From NCBI GenBank assembly GCA_937625935.1, contig OW569377.1, forward strand, positions 62,001 through 126,000: a stretch of DNA of 64,000 nt, read 5' to 3'. This document shows positions 42,126 to 52,883 of this stretch, in pieces. The number at the start of each line of letters is the position of its first letter. Positions within the stretch are counted from its first letter, which is position 1. Under the pieces are notes generated by a model, which ran no database searches, was not told the DNA's origin, and saw only the letters and a list, made by a program, of their open reading frames with translations. The stretch is from Tetramitus jugosus. Its lineage: Eukaryota; Protista; Heterolobosea. Both the position numbers and the translations under genes were made by a program.

Positions 42126-42389
42126 AAGAGACAATTTTTGTTTATTGTTAGACAACTGATGAACGAGAATGGATATCACCCACCGCGTACGTTTTTTGTA
42201 AAGTTGAGAGTTGACTTTTTTTGGTTTGTATTCGCTTGATCCGATCGATTCAACCACTTATTTGATGGGATGCACCCCAAAAATTCGATCTTCGCTCAAA
42301 GACAACAGTCTCACATACACCCAAAACACCTATACCTATCCTACTTACTTGAAACAATCACAATCACAACATACTTACAATATTGAACC

Positions 42390-43112
42390 ATGAGCTTTTC
42401 AACTTTGCACGAGATTGCTGAACACTACTCAAAGGAGTGGCGCGATAACAAGAGTTGTTTCCAGGAACCAAGGAGTGGTTTCATCTGGGATGAGAAGGGA
42501 AGAGAGCTCGTTTTTGATGCCAAAACAAGAGAAGGCATCAAAGATCGCATGCTCTCATGTTTGACAGACGTTGAACAGCAAGAACAGAAACTGGACAAGG
42601 GACAAAAGGAACTTGATGGCCCAGTCATTGACTACATGACCTCTCAACTAGGTTCCATCGCAGAGAAGATTCAGGAACTGGCCCTCAACATTCAAAACAT
42701 CATGAATGTAGAGAACGAGAATGTGGATGATATGTTCGGAAAGATGACTGATTTTGAGTTGTATTCGGAGAGAATTGTAAGCGAAGTGGATGAGTTGAAT
42801 AATCTGGAAGATATGTTTTACAGAGGAGACTTGTTCCCAGAACAACCAGACCAGAGTATTGGACTTAGTTTCTCACTGGTGAAGGCACTCAAGGACTTTT
42901 TGAAAAACAGTCGCAACAACATGGGTTACTTCTTGGAAGGAGCAGTTCCAATTCTCATCCAGTTTCTTGGGTTCATGGCCACCGAGTTTCCCAAGGCGAT
43001 GCGAAAGGGGTTAAAAGTCTCCTTCTCCGAGATTACAACAACCCAGCAAAAACCAACCCCGGCTCCCCTCCCTGCACAAACTGAGAACAAAACTCAGCAA
43101 TCAGCAGCATGA
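42390..43112 (+). CDS. Hypothetical helical protein (240 aa)
   Basis: Long ATG-initiated ORF with host-like codon usage; no motif recognised. Confidence 0.65.
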   Translation: MSFSTLHEIAEHYSKEWRDNKSCFQEPRSGFIWDEKGRELVFDAKTREGIKDRMLSCLTDVEQQEQKLDKGQKELDGPVIDYMTSQLGSIAEKIQELALNIQNIMNVENENVDDMFGKMTDFELYSERIVSEVDELNNLEDMFYRGDLFPEQPDQSIGLSFSLVKALKDFLKNSRNNMGYFLEGAVPILIQFLGFMATEFPKAMRKGLKVSFSEITTTQQKPTPAPLPAQTENKTQQSAA

Positions 43113-43221
43113 GGAGACCAACTAGCAGCACATGTAAATAAATAGAATAGCTTTTTCAAATCAAGCGACAAAAGTTGAACAGAAGAATAAAGGAGAATGA
43201 GTGGTTTTATTGTCTCAGCTC

Positions 43222-46200
43222 CTAATTGGGCCGTGGGTATGACACCTTTTGACGCCGTTGTTCTTCGAGATCTTGCACAATACCTCTGATCGTTCTCTCT
43301 TCCTGTTGGGAGGTAGGATTACTGACTGGAGGATGCGATGGAGGATGAACATTTCGGTGCACCTGGGCTGAAGGAACTCCCATGTAGGTACCTGGATTTC
43401 TCGGGGTCATCATACCATAATTTAAAAGATTCCTAGGTGCTGATTGTGGTAACTGTGGGAAGTTAGTTGGTCTAATCTGATTGAGATGCATAGGATTCTG
43501 CATCAGAGTAGATGGAGCGTAGCTGTAAAATAAATTAGATACTGGTTGTGGTTGACCACTAATGGATGATTGCCGGCTTCTACTCATGGAGAGACTCTGC
43601 ATGCTAGTGCCCAGACTATCAACAGCATCGCTTCCTGGTGAGAAAGCTTCGGATGACCCACTCTCCTCTTCCTCCTCGTATTCTTCGTCTTCGTCTTCGT
43701 CGTCCTCTTCTTCGTCTTCATATTCCTCCCCAGATTGTCCCGACATGTAGGACTCATAAGACATGTCTGCGGAGCGAATGTTAGCGGGTGGAATGACTCT
43801 CTCTACTTCTTCATCCTCTGAACAATATGAATCAGAAGAAATGTATGAAACATCAACAGACAAGAGCTCAGAATTGGACTTTTGTTCACCATCGGAACCT
43901 TCAGATGATTCATTGTCTGAATCATCGAGAACGTGTTCCTCATTGGGCTCTGATTGAAGTTCCTGTGTAATAAAGTCCATCTCTAGCAATTCTTCAACTG
44001 TTGCTCTATTGGCTGGATCTCTCTGGAAGATTCTGGTCAAAAACTCACGACACTCTGGTGTTGCATGTGCTGGTATCTGTGGTGTGACTCCTTCTCCTTG
44101 CGCAATCTGATACATGACTCCAAGTGCATCCAAGTTTTCAAATTGAGGATATGGACAAGCACCAGTCATCAACTCCACAACAACACAACCAACAGACCAG
44201 ATGTCTGACCATGTTCCGTGCTTGGCAGTCAAAATTACTTCAGGTGCCATCCACATTGGTGTTCCTTTGACTGATTTGTTGGCTAGCAGACTCTGCGAGT
44301 GATCAGTAGTCTCTAGCACCTTACTGTGTCCAAAATCAGCCAATTTGATTGCACCTGTGGTGTGTACAAGAATATTGGCACCCTTGATATCACGATGGAC
44401 AATTTTGTGGTCGTGCAGATACTTGAGACCAACTAATATTTGCTTCGTGTAAACACGAACAGTTGACTCGCTCAAACGACGCACTCTCTTGAGCAACGAT
44501 GCTAAACTACCTCCGGGCACATACTCTAAAAATATGTACAGTGAATTATCGTGCCTCTCTACACCCAAGTATCGTACAATGTTATCATGGCTCATTCCCT
44601 TCATTAATTCAATTTCTCGACTAATCTCTGCGAGAGCCTTTTCTCGTTCAACTCGATTCTTAATGTGGCCGAAACGAATATATTTGGCTGCCATGAACTC
44701 ACCAGTGTTACTGTTGATTGCTTCATAGACTGTACCGTAGGCGCCCTCTCCAATCTTCTCACCCTTAATCCAATTAAATACTCTTTCCTTTGGATTATCA
44801 GTTTTGTCATCAGGATTGTTGGAACGGCTCTTCACAGATTTCATGGGCCGTCGATTTTGGGTCGACTCAGGAATATCAATCTCTAAACGAGGAGCCTTAT
44901 TCTTCTCCACGAAGAATTCGCCCGCAGATCTGAGTTCATCATCACTCCGTATCGTGACTAAATCATTGTCTTCGTCCACATATCGAATAACGACATTGTT
45001 ACTCTTATACTCGGCTCTTAACTTCTCAAGAAGAGCGTTGTAATTCATGTTGGGTTCCAATTTGAGTACTCTCATCTCACCCTTGAGCACTACCTTGACC
45101 TTTGGAAGATCGAAAATTCCTCTCGAAACATTGGATAGAATATTGGATGAGGAGCCACTGTGTTCATGAGAACCTTGATGAATGGACACAAGATCTGCTG
45201 AGCTGCTTGTGGTGTGCATTGCAATCTTCTTTCGATTGAATCGATCAGCAAACGGAGATAAATCTAGACTAAACAAGTCGTTGAATAGCTCTTCCTTGTT
45301 TCCACCGCCAAACATGTAGAGTGTATCACCACGGATTGCCATCTTGTGCCAAAATCTGGCCTTTGGTTTGACCTGTGACACAATCTTGTGCTGTCTCCAC
45401 TCTTTCGTGGAAGGCAAGACATCAAAGGTTAGTACCGGGTCAAAAAACTTACCATTACAATTACCGCCACCCCACAAGATAATGACACCACCTCGTGGAT
45501 AGTAGCACATGCAATGACCGGCTCTGGTTTCAGGTGGATTCCGTTGGTATATCTTTCGCCAAGAGAACGTTCTCGTGTCCAATGCATAGAAATCCTGAAG
45601 CACTATCGTTCCCTTTCTGCCACCAAATATGTAAATTGTGTCATTGACAACACAACTTGAGTGACCTGCTCTTGCTGGAGGCGTATCACCTGTACAGTTT
45701 GGTCTGGTCCACTCTCTTGTGGTAAAATCGAAGACCTGCACGGTGTTGAAGTAGCTGAATCCAGCTTTTGACTTTGCTCCATCGTTTATCGGAGATATTC
45801 CTCCAAAGACAAACAGCTTGTTTTGACTCTCGATAACGTCACAAGAGTGTGCTGCTCTAGGTGGCAATTTAGTACCCCGAAGAGTCACCTGCATCTTGGT
45901 CCACACCTTTGCTTGCAAATTGTACTCTTGCAAATCGGACCAATATGACTCCTGATCGAGTCCATTTGTTTTTGGTTGTTTTCCTCCGAACACGTACAGA
46001 CGATTCTGATAATGTACACAAGTATGTCCTGTTCGTGGATTCTCCAAGCTAGTTCCCTTCTCCCATGTTCGATCATCAATGTTGTACACTCTCACATCAT
46101 CAAAAAAGGATGTTTGCCTATCACCACCCACCAGATACAACTTGTTGCCTACTGATGTAAGTGAATGGAAGCCTCGGGGTTCTGGACACTCGAATGCTCT

Positions 46201-47790
46201 TGTCACTATCCGCTCCCATCTCAACTCTACGATTGGCATTAGAGAGTAAGCCATACGAGTCATTGAAGGTGAGGATGACGACCGATGCAACAATTGCTCC
46301 ACTCGTTCAGCAGTTAATGGAAACCGAGAAGAGTTCGACAGTGGAGAACTTGGAACAGGGGAAGTGTCCATGTATCCTCGTGATGACAGCGAATTTTGAT
46401 GCGCCATCATCATGTTGTTCAAAGATGTAGATTGTTGTTGTACACTACCACCTGCATGGTGAACAGGCCTTCCACTGCTGTTCACATGCAGAATGTTGTA
46501 TGCAGCATGATGAGGCCGTGGTGGATAAGGCTGAGAACCATAGGGAGATGGTGATGGCAGTGGTGAGGAGGATAGGTTGGATGATGATGTCGATGAGGAC
46601 AAGGAGGAGGAATGATGACCTCTACTCTGCTGATTTGACAAGTGAATGTTGTGTTGATTGTTGAATGGAGCGTGCTGTGGATGATGAGGCACACGATGAT
46701 GTGGATGATGCTGTGGATGTTGGTGAGGATGAGCCGTTGCATGGGAGTGTGAGTGCTGTGGATGTGGATGGTGTTGTTGATGCATTGGCGATGATGTCGA
46801 TGATGAATTTGCTGCATTCAAACGTGTAAAGTAGTCTCTGCTGTTTGATGCTGAAAGGGAGGCAAAGGGAGATGGTGTCGACAGTGATGATGAAGAAGAG
46901 GAAGTAGTGGAGGATGGTGAGGAGACGGGTGATGGATTCGTCATTGAGTGAGAACGCATTCTTTGTAATGGACTATCGATTGAGATTACCTGAGAACGTG
47001 CTGATGGATACGGATGAGGAAATCCATTCACTTGATGATGATGTTGAAGGTGCTGTTGTTGTGGATGCACCTGATGATGTTGTTGTTGTTGTGGATGAGG
47101 ATGCCGACTCTGATGATAAGCTTGCTGTTGTTGCTGTTGCTGCTGTTGTTGCTGCTGTTGTGATAGAGATGAATAGTAGTAATGTTGATCATCTGCAACA
47201 CCACCACCGTTATGAACAACGAGATGGGGATGATAACCATCATCGTCATCCACATCATCTTCATCTTCTTCAGCATACTCCTCCTCATCTTCCTCATCTT
47301 CTTCATCGCTGTCAAGGTCTTCCTCCTCTTCATCCTCTTCATCCTCTTCATCATTATTCACCGTGTTGTCATACTGTTGTCGAGCAAAATTGTGATCCAT
47401 CATGAGTGATTCTTGTGGATAATTCAAAGAATGTGATGATGATGATGATGGTAATAATAATGACGATTGATGATGACGTTGTTGTTGTTGTTGTGGTGGT
47501 TGACTTTGACTGTGGTTTACATTTTCGTCACCATTGAGATGGTGATTACTGTTGCTATGACCACCACCACTTACACGAATATTCGTCATACGAATATTAC
47601 TGTTGTTATTGTTGTGATTTCTAAAGGGTGTGATATTGTCACCACTGCCATTATTACTCATGTTGACTAATGGGTCTCTGGGGGGCATATGACTGATCAT
47701 GTTTTTATGCTCTTGTTGTTGTTGTTGTGGAATAGAATGGACCTTGTTATTGTTGTTACTATTGTTGTTGTTATTTTTTCTCTTTCGCAT
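43222..47790 (-). CDS. MAPKKK (STE11/MEKK-like) with Kelch propeller and PB1 domain
   Basis: About six Kelch repeats (PRGFHS, PRTGHT, PRAAHS, ARAGHS, TRAGHC, ARFWHK with YxFGG); PB1 IRYVDEDNDLVTIRSDDEL; kinase IGEGAYG, IFLEYVPGGSL, HRDIKGANIL, GTPMWMAPE. Confidence 0.93.
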   Translation of the reverse strand: MRKRKNNNNNSNNNNKVHSIPQQQQQEHKNMISHMPPRDPLVNMSNNGSGDNITPFRNHNNNNSNIRMTNIRVSGGGHSNSNHHLNGDENVNHSQSQPPQQQQQRHHQSSLLLPSSSSSHSLNYPQESLMMDHNFARQQYDNTVNNDEEDEEDEEEEDLDSDEEDEEDEEEYAEEDEDDVDDDDGYHPHLVVHNGGGVADDQHYYYSSLSQQQQQQQQQQQQQAYHQSRHPHPQQQQHHQVHPQQQHLQHHHQVNGFPHPYPSARSQVISIDSPLQRMRSHSMTNPSPVSSPSSTTSSSSSSLSTPSPFASLSASNSRDYFTRLNAANSSSTSSPMHQQHHPHPQHSHSHATAHPHQHPQHHPHHRVPHHPQHAPFNNQHNIHLSNQQSRGHHSSSLSSSTSSSNLSSSPLPSPSPYGSQPYPPRPHHAAYNILHVNSSGRPVHHAGGSVQQQSTSLNNMMMAHQNSLSSRGYMDTSPVPSSPLSNSSRFPLTAERVEQLLHRSSSSPSMTRMAYSLMPIVELRWERIVTRAFECPEPRGFHSLTSVGNKLYLVGGDRQTSFFDDVRVYNIDDRTWEKGTSLENPRTGHTCVHYQNRLYVFGGKQPKTNGLDQESYWSDLQEYNLQAKVWTKMQVTLRGTKLPPRAAHSCDVIESQNKLFVFGGISPINDGAKSKAGFSYFNTVQVFDFTTREWTRPNCTGDTPPARAGHSSCVVNDTIYIFGGRKGTIVLQDFYALDTRTFSWRKIYQRNPPETRAGHCMCYYPRGGVIILWGGGNCNGKFFDPVLTFDVLPSTKEWRQHKIVSQVKPKARFWHKMAIRGDTLYMFGGGNKEELFNDLFSLDLSPFADRFNRKKIAMHTTSSSADLVSIHQGSHEHSGSSSNILSNVSRGIFDLPKVKVVLKGEMRVLKLEPNMNYNALLEKLRAEYKSNNVVIRYVDEDNDLVTIRSDDELRSAGEFFVEKNKAPRLEIDIPESTQNRRPMKSVKSRSNNPDDKTDNPKERVFNWIKGEKIGEGAYGTVYEAINSNTGEFMAAKYIRFGHIKNRVEREKALAEISREIELMKGMSHDNIVRYLGVERHDNSLYIFLEYVPGGSLASLLKRVRRLSESTVRVYTKQILVGLKYLHDHKIVHRDIKGANILVHTTGAIKLADFGHSKVLETTDHSQSLLANKSVKGTPMWMAPEVILTAKHGTWSDIWSVGCVVVELMTGACPYPQFENLDALGVMYQIAQGEGVTPQIPAHATPECREFLTRIFQRDPANRATVEELLEMDFITQELQSEPNEEHVLDDSDNESSEGSDGEQKSNSELLSVDVSYISSDSYCSEDEEVERVIPPANIRSADMSYESYMSGQSGEEYEDEEEDDEDEDEEYEEEEESGSSEAFSPGSDAVDSLGTSMQSLSMSRSRQSSISGQPQPVSNLFYSYAPSTLMQNPMHLNQIRPTNFPQLPQSAPRNLLNYGMMTPRNPGTYMGVPSAQVHRNVHPPSHPPVSNPTSQQEERTIRGIVQDLEEQRRQKVSYPRPN

Positions 47791-48779
47791 AATTTTTGGT
47801 TGTGTTTTGCTGAAGTGGAAAAAAATACTGATATCAAACTAAATATCGATTTTTTTGTTGTTGATGATGATAATTATTCTACTACTGTGATGATATGATG
47901 ATGACGATGACGACTACCGTAAAATAACAAATAATTAGATTCTTATTATTTTGTTATTTGTTGTTGTTGTTTGTTAATTTGTCAATAATGGGACAATTGT
48001 TGATGGTGATGATTAAAAAAAATGTTGTTGTGGTGTTGTTGTTGTTCGAACGACTACTGCTAGTTCATGACATATATAACGTTTTTTTTTGTGGAGTGAG
48101 GTGATATTTTTTTTGTTGTTGTTGTTGTTGTGAGCAAGAGAGTGTAAGAGAGTTGATGGCACTGACTTTTTTTTGGTTGAGTGTGGTGCTCTCTCTTCTT
48201 CTTGTTCGATGATGTTGTTGTACTTCCGTAAAGGTGTTGTGTGGTTGTTGTGCAAAACAGTGTTGTATGTTTTTTTTTGTGTTCGGTGCTGGTGAGCGTG
48301 CTTTTTTGATTGTTGTTGTTTGATTGGCAATGAAAGTACGCTGCTGTGTGTTGGAGTCGTTGGTTCCCTTCCGCAAGTGTGGCTTTTTTTTCGTGCACTG
48401 CAAGAAGATGGGCGGAATTTTGCAGTATGGGACGGAATGCCTCAATCATGTTCATCCATCAAGTTGTCTCACTTCGAAAATCAGGACCGTTTCCTTGATT
48501 GCCCTTCCTTGCAGACCTGGTCTACGAAAATATTTGGACCATGGAATCAGCCCGATGTATTCTATCCCGGATCGGAAAATATCTTTGTTTTCCTTAATTC
48601 CTATGGGAGATGATTGTAAAGGGAAGTTTGGTTTGATGCCGATGATGAAAATGCCCAACAACGGGAAGTATTGCGTTACGGCCATCAAGACAGCGTTGAT
48701 GTGATTAACAATGGTAACAGCATCCATTTCTGGAGGAATAGTATAACATAATATTTACAACAAAAAATTCAAAGGGCCG

Positions 48780-51533
48780 TTATGAGTAATGGTTTTGGTA
48801 TTGCGACCGGGAGTTATTCCAATTGCCACCTGAGAACTGAAGTTGGGTATTGTGCACAGCAGAGGGACGGGTATTGGATGGTTCAAAATTTGGAGATTGT
48901 GAGTCTCTCATGGGTGAATCAGGTCGAGTATTGGCCTGAATCGGTGTGAATGTGCCACTGTTGTGATGAGAGAATCCGGACTGTCCATCAAGCATTCCAC
49001 TCTCAACAGCATGCAATTCTTTGCTTGGCCTCTTGGCATGCAAATGATCAATAGGTCCAAATAACTGATTAATTGAGGGCAGTTTCTGAAGCTTTGGAGG
49101 CTGCTGACTCTGAATATCAGCACTGATGTTACTTACACCACTATTCATAAAATGATTGTTTGGATGAGAATGCGTTGTTGGTGAAATACACTCAGAGGAA
49201 TAGGCACGTCCAATGCTCTTCAGTGAACTAGGATAAGGATGCCTCGTCGTGTTCAACGTTCCAGACCCTGTCCTCGTCATTGGAGGAGGATGATTCAATA
49301 AATTATCCTTGGATGCGATACTCGTGCCCATGTGGTTGTTGTGAGGATTCTCTAGACTTGTCGGTTTTTGATGTCTTGGTATGGCTGTAAACGATTTCGA
49401 ACGGAACAAGTTTCTCATTGTTGAATCAATTGACGACAAGATGCCATGCTTGCTCTTGTGACTATTGGTACTACCGTTGTTACTATTGTTAATGCCATTG
49501 TTGTTACTATGGCTGTTCTGGTTATTATGATTATTGTTGCTGTTGTTGGCATAACTTCCCAAGTGATGTGAACCGTGATGTACAAGAGTATTCTTGGACG
49601 AAGCAGGAGGAGAAGTGGGCGACGATAGTCTAAACTGCTCAAATGACAAAACAGGTGATGAAACAGGTGACATTTCATCGGATCCTCTTGGTGAGGACAC
49701 TGGTGAATTGACAGTTGTCACCTCGACATTGCCATACATTTGAGAATGTTCCTCTGGTGTGACCGTTTGACTACTGAAACCAAAGCTAAACGATGGAACT
49801 GAATTGTTCGCAAAACTGCTATTGTTGCTACTTGTGCTACTACTGCTATTCGTCCTTCCCACATTTTGAATCGATTGATGGTTGTATCCATAGTGTGATG
49901 ATGCTTGTTGATGTTGTTGTTGTTGTTGAGGCGACAATGTCGATTGTGGTCCATTTCCATTGGAAGGAATTTGCAGAGGAGGAATATGTGATGGACGTGC
50001 CTGTTGTGAAGAAGAATCTCTAACAGAGGAAGAAGAGTAGTCTGGTGATGTGGGCTGGGAGCGTGGTGGCACCATGTGACTCAACTGGGCTGGAGGTGCA
50101 TGATCGAATGACAGTGTCTTGCTTCTCTCCAGTTTTCTGCTTGGGTGGACAGGTGAGAGAGAGTGACGAGAAGCATGATGCTGACTGCTATGATGCTGAT
50201 GTTGATGATGCTGATGATGTTGGTGATGATTATTGTGTTGTTGATGCTGTTGCTTGAAATTATCACCAAATTGAAGGTTACTGGGAGAGGAGTAAGACCT
50301 GAACAGTGGATTACTTGGTTGAGGATAAATCCTATCTCTTGATTCCTGTTGTTGTTGTTGAGAGGCACCACTCGTGTGTAAACTGACCCTTCTCTGAGTT
50401 GGATGAGGTCCAACACTCACATCATGCATATGACTGCTATTGCTGTTGTTGTTGTTGTTATGATTAATTTTATGATGACTTGTAGATAAATTATGATTGG
50501 AGGGAGACAGTGCGGATGAAGTGGAAGATGGAGGAGAAGCAGGATAGACGGTTGGAGTGTTGGGTGTGCTATTACTCGAAGAAGCAGGCACAACAGCATT
50601 GTTTGACGATGGATGATAGGGTTGAACAGGTGATATCAAATGAACATTCTTTGGTGACATTGGCAACTGTGACACTCTACTATTATTATTATTATTATTA
50701 TCCCGATTTCCGTTATTATTATTATTATTGTTGTTAGATTGGAAGGGAGATGACTTTAACTGGTCAAATGAGAATGAACCACTAGTAGTGCTTCCACCAG
50801 TACTACTGTTGCTATTGCTGTTACTTGAGAAACGCTGCTGCTGCTGAGAAGAAGAAGATGAAGAATTTCTTCGTTCATCATTATTGTGCACTGATTGACC
50901 ACGATAATCATATGATGATTGACCACTACCCTGTTGTTGTTGGTGGTGATGACTCTTTTGGTGTTGAGAGCTCAAATGACGACTATATGGTTGAGGGTAC
51001 TGGTATTGACTATGATGCTGTGACTGTTGTTGTGGTTGTGGTGGCTGCTGTTGGTATGAATACGGTTGTTGTAGCTGCTGTGGTGAAGTGACATAGGAAC
51101 CTTGTTGTTGTTGGTGATGATGATGCGAATTTTGACTATAATGCTGCTGAGGCTGTTGTTGTTGACTATTATGTGAATAATGTTGTTGTTGTTGGTGATG
51201 TTGTTGTTGATGATGAACAATTTCACTGTCTTCATCGTCATCACCCAAATCTTCTCCGTCATTAAAGTGGCCACTACTATTATTACCACCGCTACCAGGT
51301 GTAGTAGACTGATTAATGTAAGCTTCAATCGCTTGAGCATCCACTTGTTCATTTCCATTCATGTACATGGACTTCATTTTTCTATAGGGCCAACGAGCAA
51401 TGCCATACTGTCTACAAAACTTTTTCAATAGAGTTTGACAGATACCAAGGTCCTCTGCTGCTTTCATCAGGGGTAAGTGAAACCTCTTTGCAATTTCATC
51501 GAGAGGTGGTCTTTTTTTTGGTTGTGGTGGCAT
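48780..51533 (-). CDS. RWP-RK domain transcription factor
   Basis: LDEIAKRFHLPLMKAAEDLGICQTLLKKFCRQYGIARWPYRK at the N-terminus; Q/S/H/N-rich remainder. Confidence 0.93.
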   Translation of the reverse strand: MPPQPKKRPPLDEIAKRFHLPLMKAAEDLGICQTLLKKFCRQYGIARWPYRKMKSMYMNGNEQVDAQAIEAYINQSTTPGSGGNNSSGHFNDGEDLGDDDEDSEIVHHQQQHHQQQQHYSHNSQQQQPQQHYSQNSHHHHQQQQGSYVTSPQQLQQPYSYQQQPPQPQQQSQHHSQYQYPQPYSRHLSSQHQKSHHHQQQQGSGQSSYDYRGQSVHNNDERRNSSSSSSQQQQRFSSNSNSNSSTGGSTTSGSFSFDQLKSSPFQSNNNNNNNNGNRDNNNNNNSRVSQLPMSPKNVHLISPVQPYHPSSNNAVVPASSSNSTPNTPTVYPASPPSSTSSALSPSNHNLSTSHHKINHNNNNNSNSSHMHDVSVGPHPTQRRVSLHTSGASQQQQQESRDRIYPQPSNPLFRSYSSPSNLQFGDNFKQQHQQHNNHHQHHQHHQHQHHSSQHHASRHSLSPVHPSRKLERSKTLSFDHAPPAQLSHMVPPRSQPTSPDYSSSSVRDSSSQQARPSHIPPLQIPSNGNGPQSTLSPQQQQQHQQASSHYGYNHQSIQNVGRTNSSSSTSSNNSSFANNSVPSFSFGFSSQTVTPEEHSQMYGNVEVTTVNSPVSSPRGSDEMSPVSSPVLSFEQFRLSSPTSPPASSKNTLVHHGSHHLGSYANNSNNNHNNQNSHSNNNGINNSNNGSTNSHKSKHGILSSIDSTMRNLFRSKSFTAIPRHQKPTSLENPHNNHMGTSIASKDNLLNHPPPMTRTGSGTLNTTRHPYPSSLKSIGRAYSSECISPTTHSHPNNHFMNSGVSNISADIQSQQPPKLQKLPSINQLFGPIDHLHAKRPSKELHAVESGMLDGQSGFSHHNSGTFTPIQANTRPDSPMRDSQSPNFEPSNTRPSAVHNTQLQFSGGNWNNSRSQYQNHYS

Positions 51534-52403
51534 CTTTTTGTTGTTGTTGCTGTTCGAGGAGATGAAGAGCTTAAAAGAGTAAGCTTTTTTTCAGGAGGGG
51601 AGAGCGAGAAAAACGGATAATGTGTTGTTGTTGGTGTTGTCGTGAAACTTTCAGGACAATTGTTCACTTTTTTTCGACGAGTTGTTACTGTTGATGGATT
51701 GACTTCTATGTGCTTAAGGGTGATGAGGCTGATTTTTGTGTTTGCTGTTTGGGAAGTTTATTCGGTCGTTGGTTTCTCTGTGTTTGTTGTGGTTGGGACA
51801 AATTTTCCTGTGATTTTGGCTGACACACCCCTTTTTGGTTCTTTCAGGTTGTTGGTTTGGATTCTTTTAGCCAAACGAAGTGAGAGCGGAGAACAGTGAA
51901 ACCCAACAATAACAAGACGATGCAGAAGTGGTGAATGGTGCCAGATTTTTCAATCGGTCGATGGAATTGTGCGGAGAGTGATGGGGACAAGGTTGAAATG
52001 TTGCTTATTTGCCTGTCGCTTTTTGTACGGTTTGATGATTGGTGGGGACAACGGATATTCCGCGCGTTCTCTGATCGATGGATGTGTCACTCCAAACTGA
52101 GCGAACACGAATCTGTAGATTTGTAATCGTTCTTGACGATGAATATTACAAGGGCACGTAAAATGAGGAGTTGCGAAGGAAGCTCTCACCGGGCGATGGA
52201 GTTATAAATGAATGAACTGTAAATGCAAGCGTTGTGCCTTTTGGGGGTTCGGGGATCTCTTTCCTGTCACGGATCATCATAATCCCGGAGGTCAGACGCA
52301 CTTTCCTTTTTTAAAAAGTCCATGATTTTAACGGAAAAGTTCGAATCAGTTTAGTTTTTTATTCGGGTAATTTATGATTGATTTTAATTCTCCGAAGTGT
52401 CCT

Positions 52404-52733
52404 TTATCTGGCCTCGTGTTGCACCTCTACAGTTTTTTAAATTTGAGCGTGTGAGAACAGTTCTCAAGAAATCAAAGAAAATAAAAAGTTGGCAGATATA
52501 AACATACTTCTTGCTGTTCTCTTCTTATACACAATCCGATATCCACAGTGTCTGCAACGAATAACGTCCTTAGCTTTGATAGTGTTTTCTTTGGAGCACT
52601 GACCACACAAATAAGTGACTTGAGTCAGATTAGGAGTAGGTTCCTTGGTGTCGAAGGGATTCACACAGGCTGTACCACTGTATGGCACAACAGTTGGTGC
52701 CATGATTGAAGATGGGGCAAATCGGCTGCTCAT
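52404..52733 (-). CDS. RPB12: RNA polymerase I/II/III shared subunit RPABC4; intron 52507-52427
   Basis: YLCGQC...[16 protein letters not shown]; the GTATGT...GTAG intron yields the conserved end KVQHEAR*. Confidence 0.93.
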
Positions 52734-52883
52734 TATTATTGTCGTTGTTGTTTGATGTTCTTTGGCGTTTTTTTTTGAATGTGCAATCAAATGTTTGAAT
52801 TTTCACGCAAAAATACCGCCTTCGGCAGAATATTTTCGCCGCCGTACAAACACCTTCGAAAAACAGAACCATAGCTTGAGATC

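Noticed and set aside
47800-48780. Several overlapping ORFs of 91-131 aa between the MAPKKK and RWP-RK genes
   Set aside because: Mostly (GTT)n/T-rich UTR or promoter sequence; no recognisable domain in any frame.
46400-51250. Dense trinucleotide repeats (CAA/CAT/AAT) resembling arrays
   Set aside because: They encode poly-Q/H/N/S tracts of the host proteins; there is no repeat-spacer structure, so no CRISPR.
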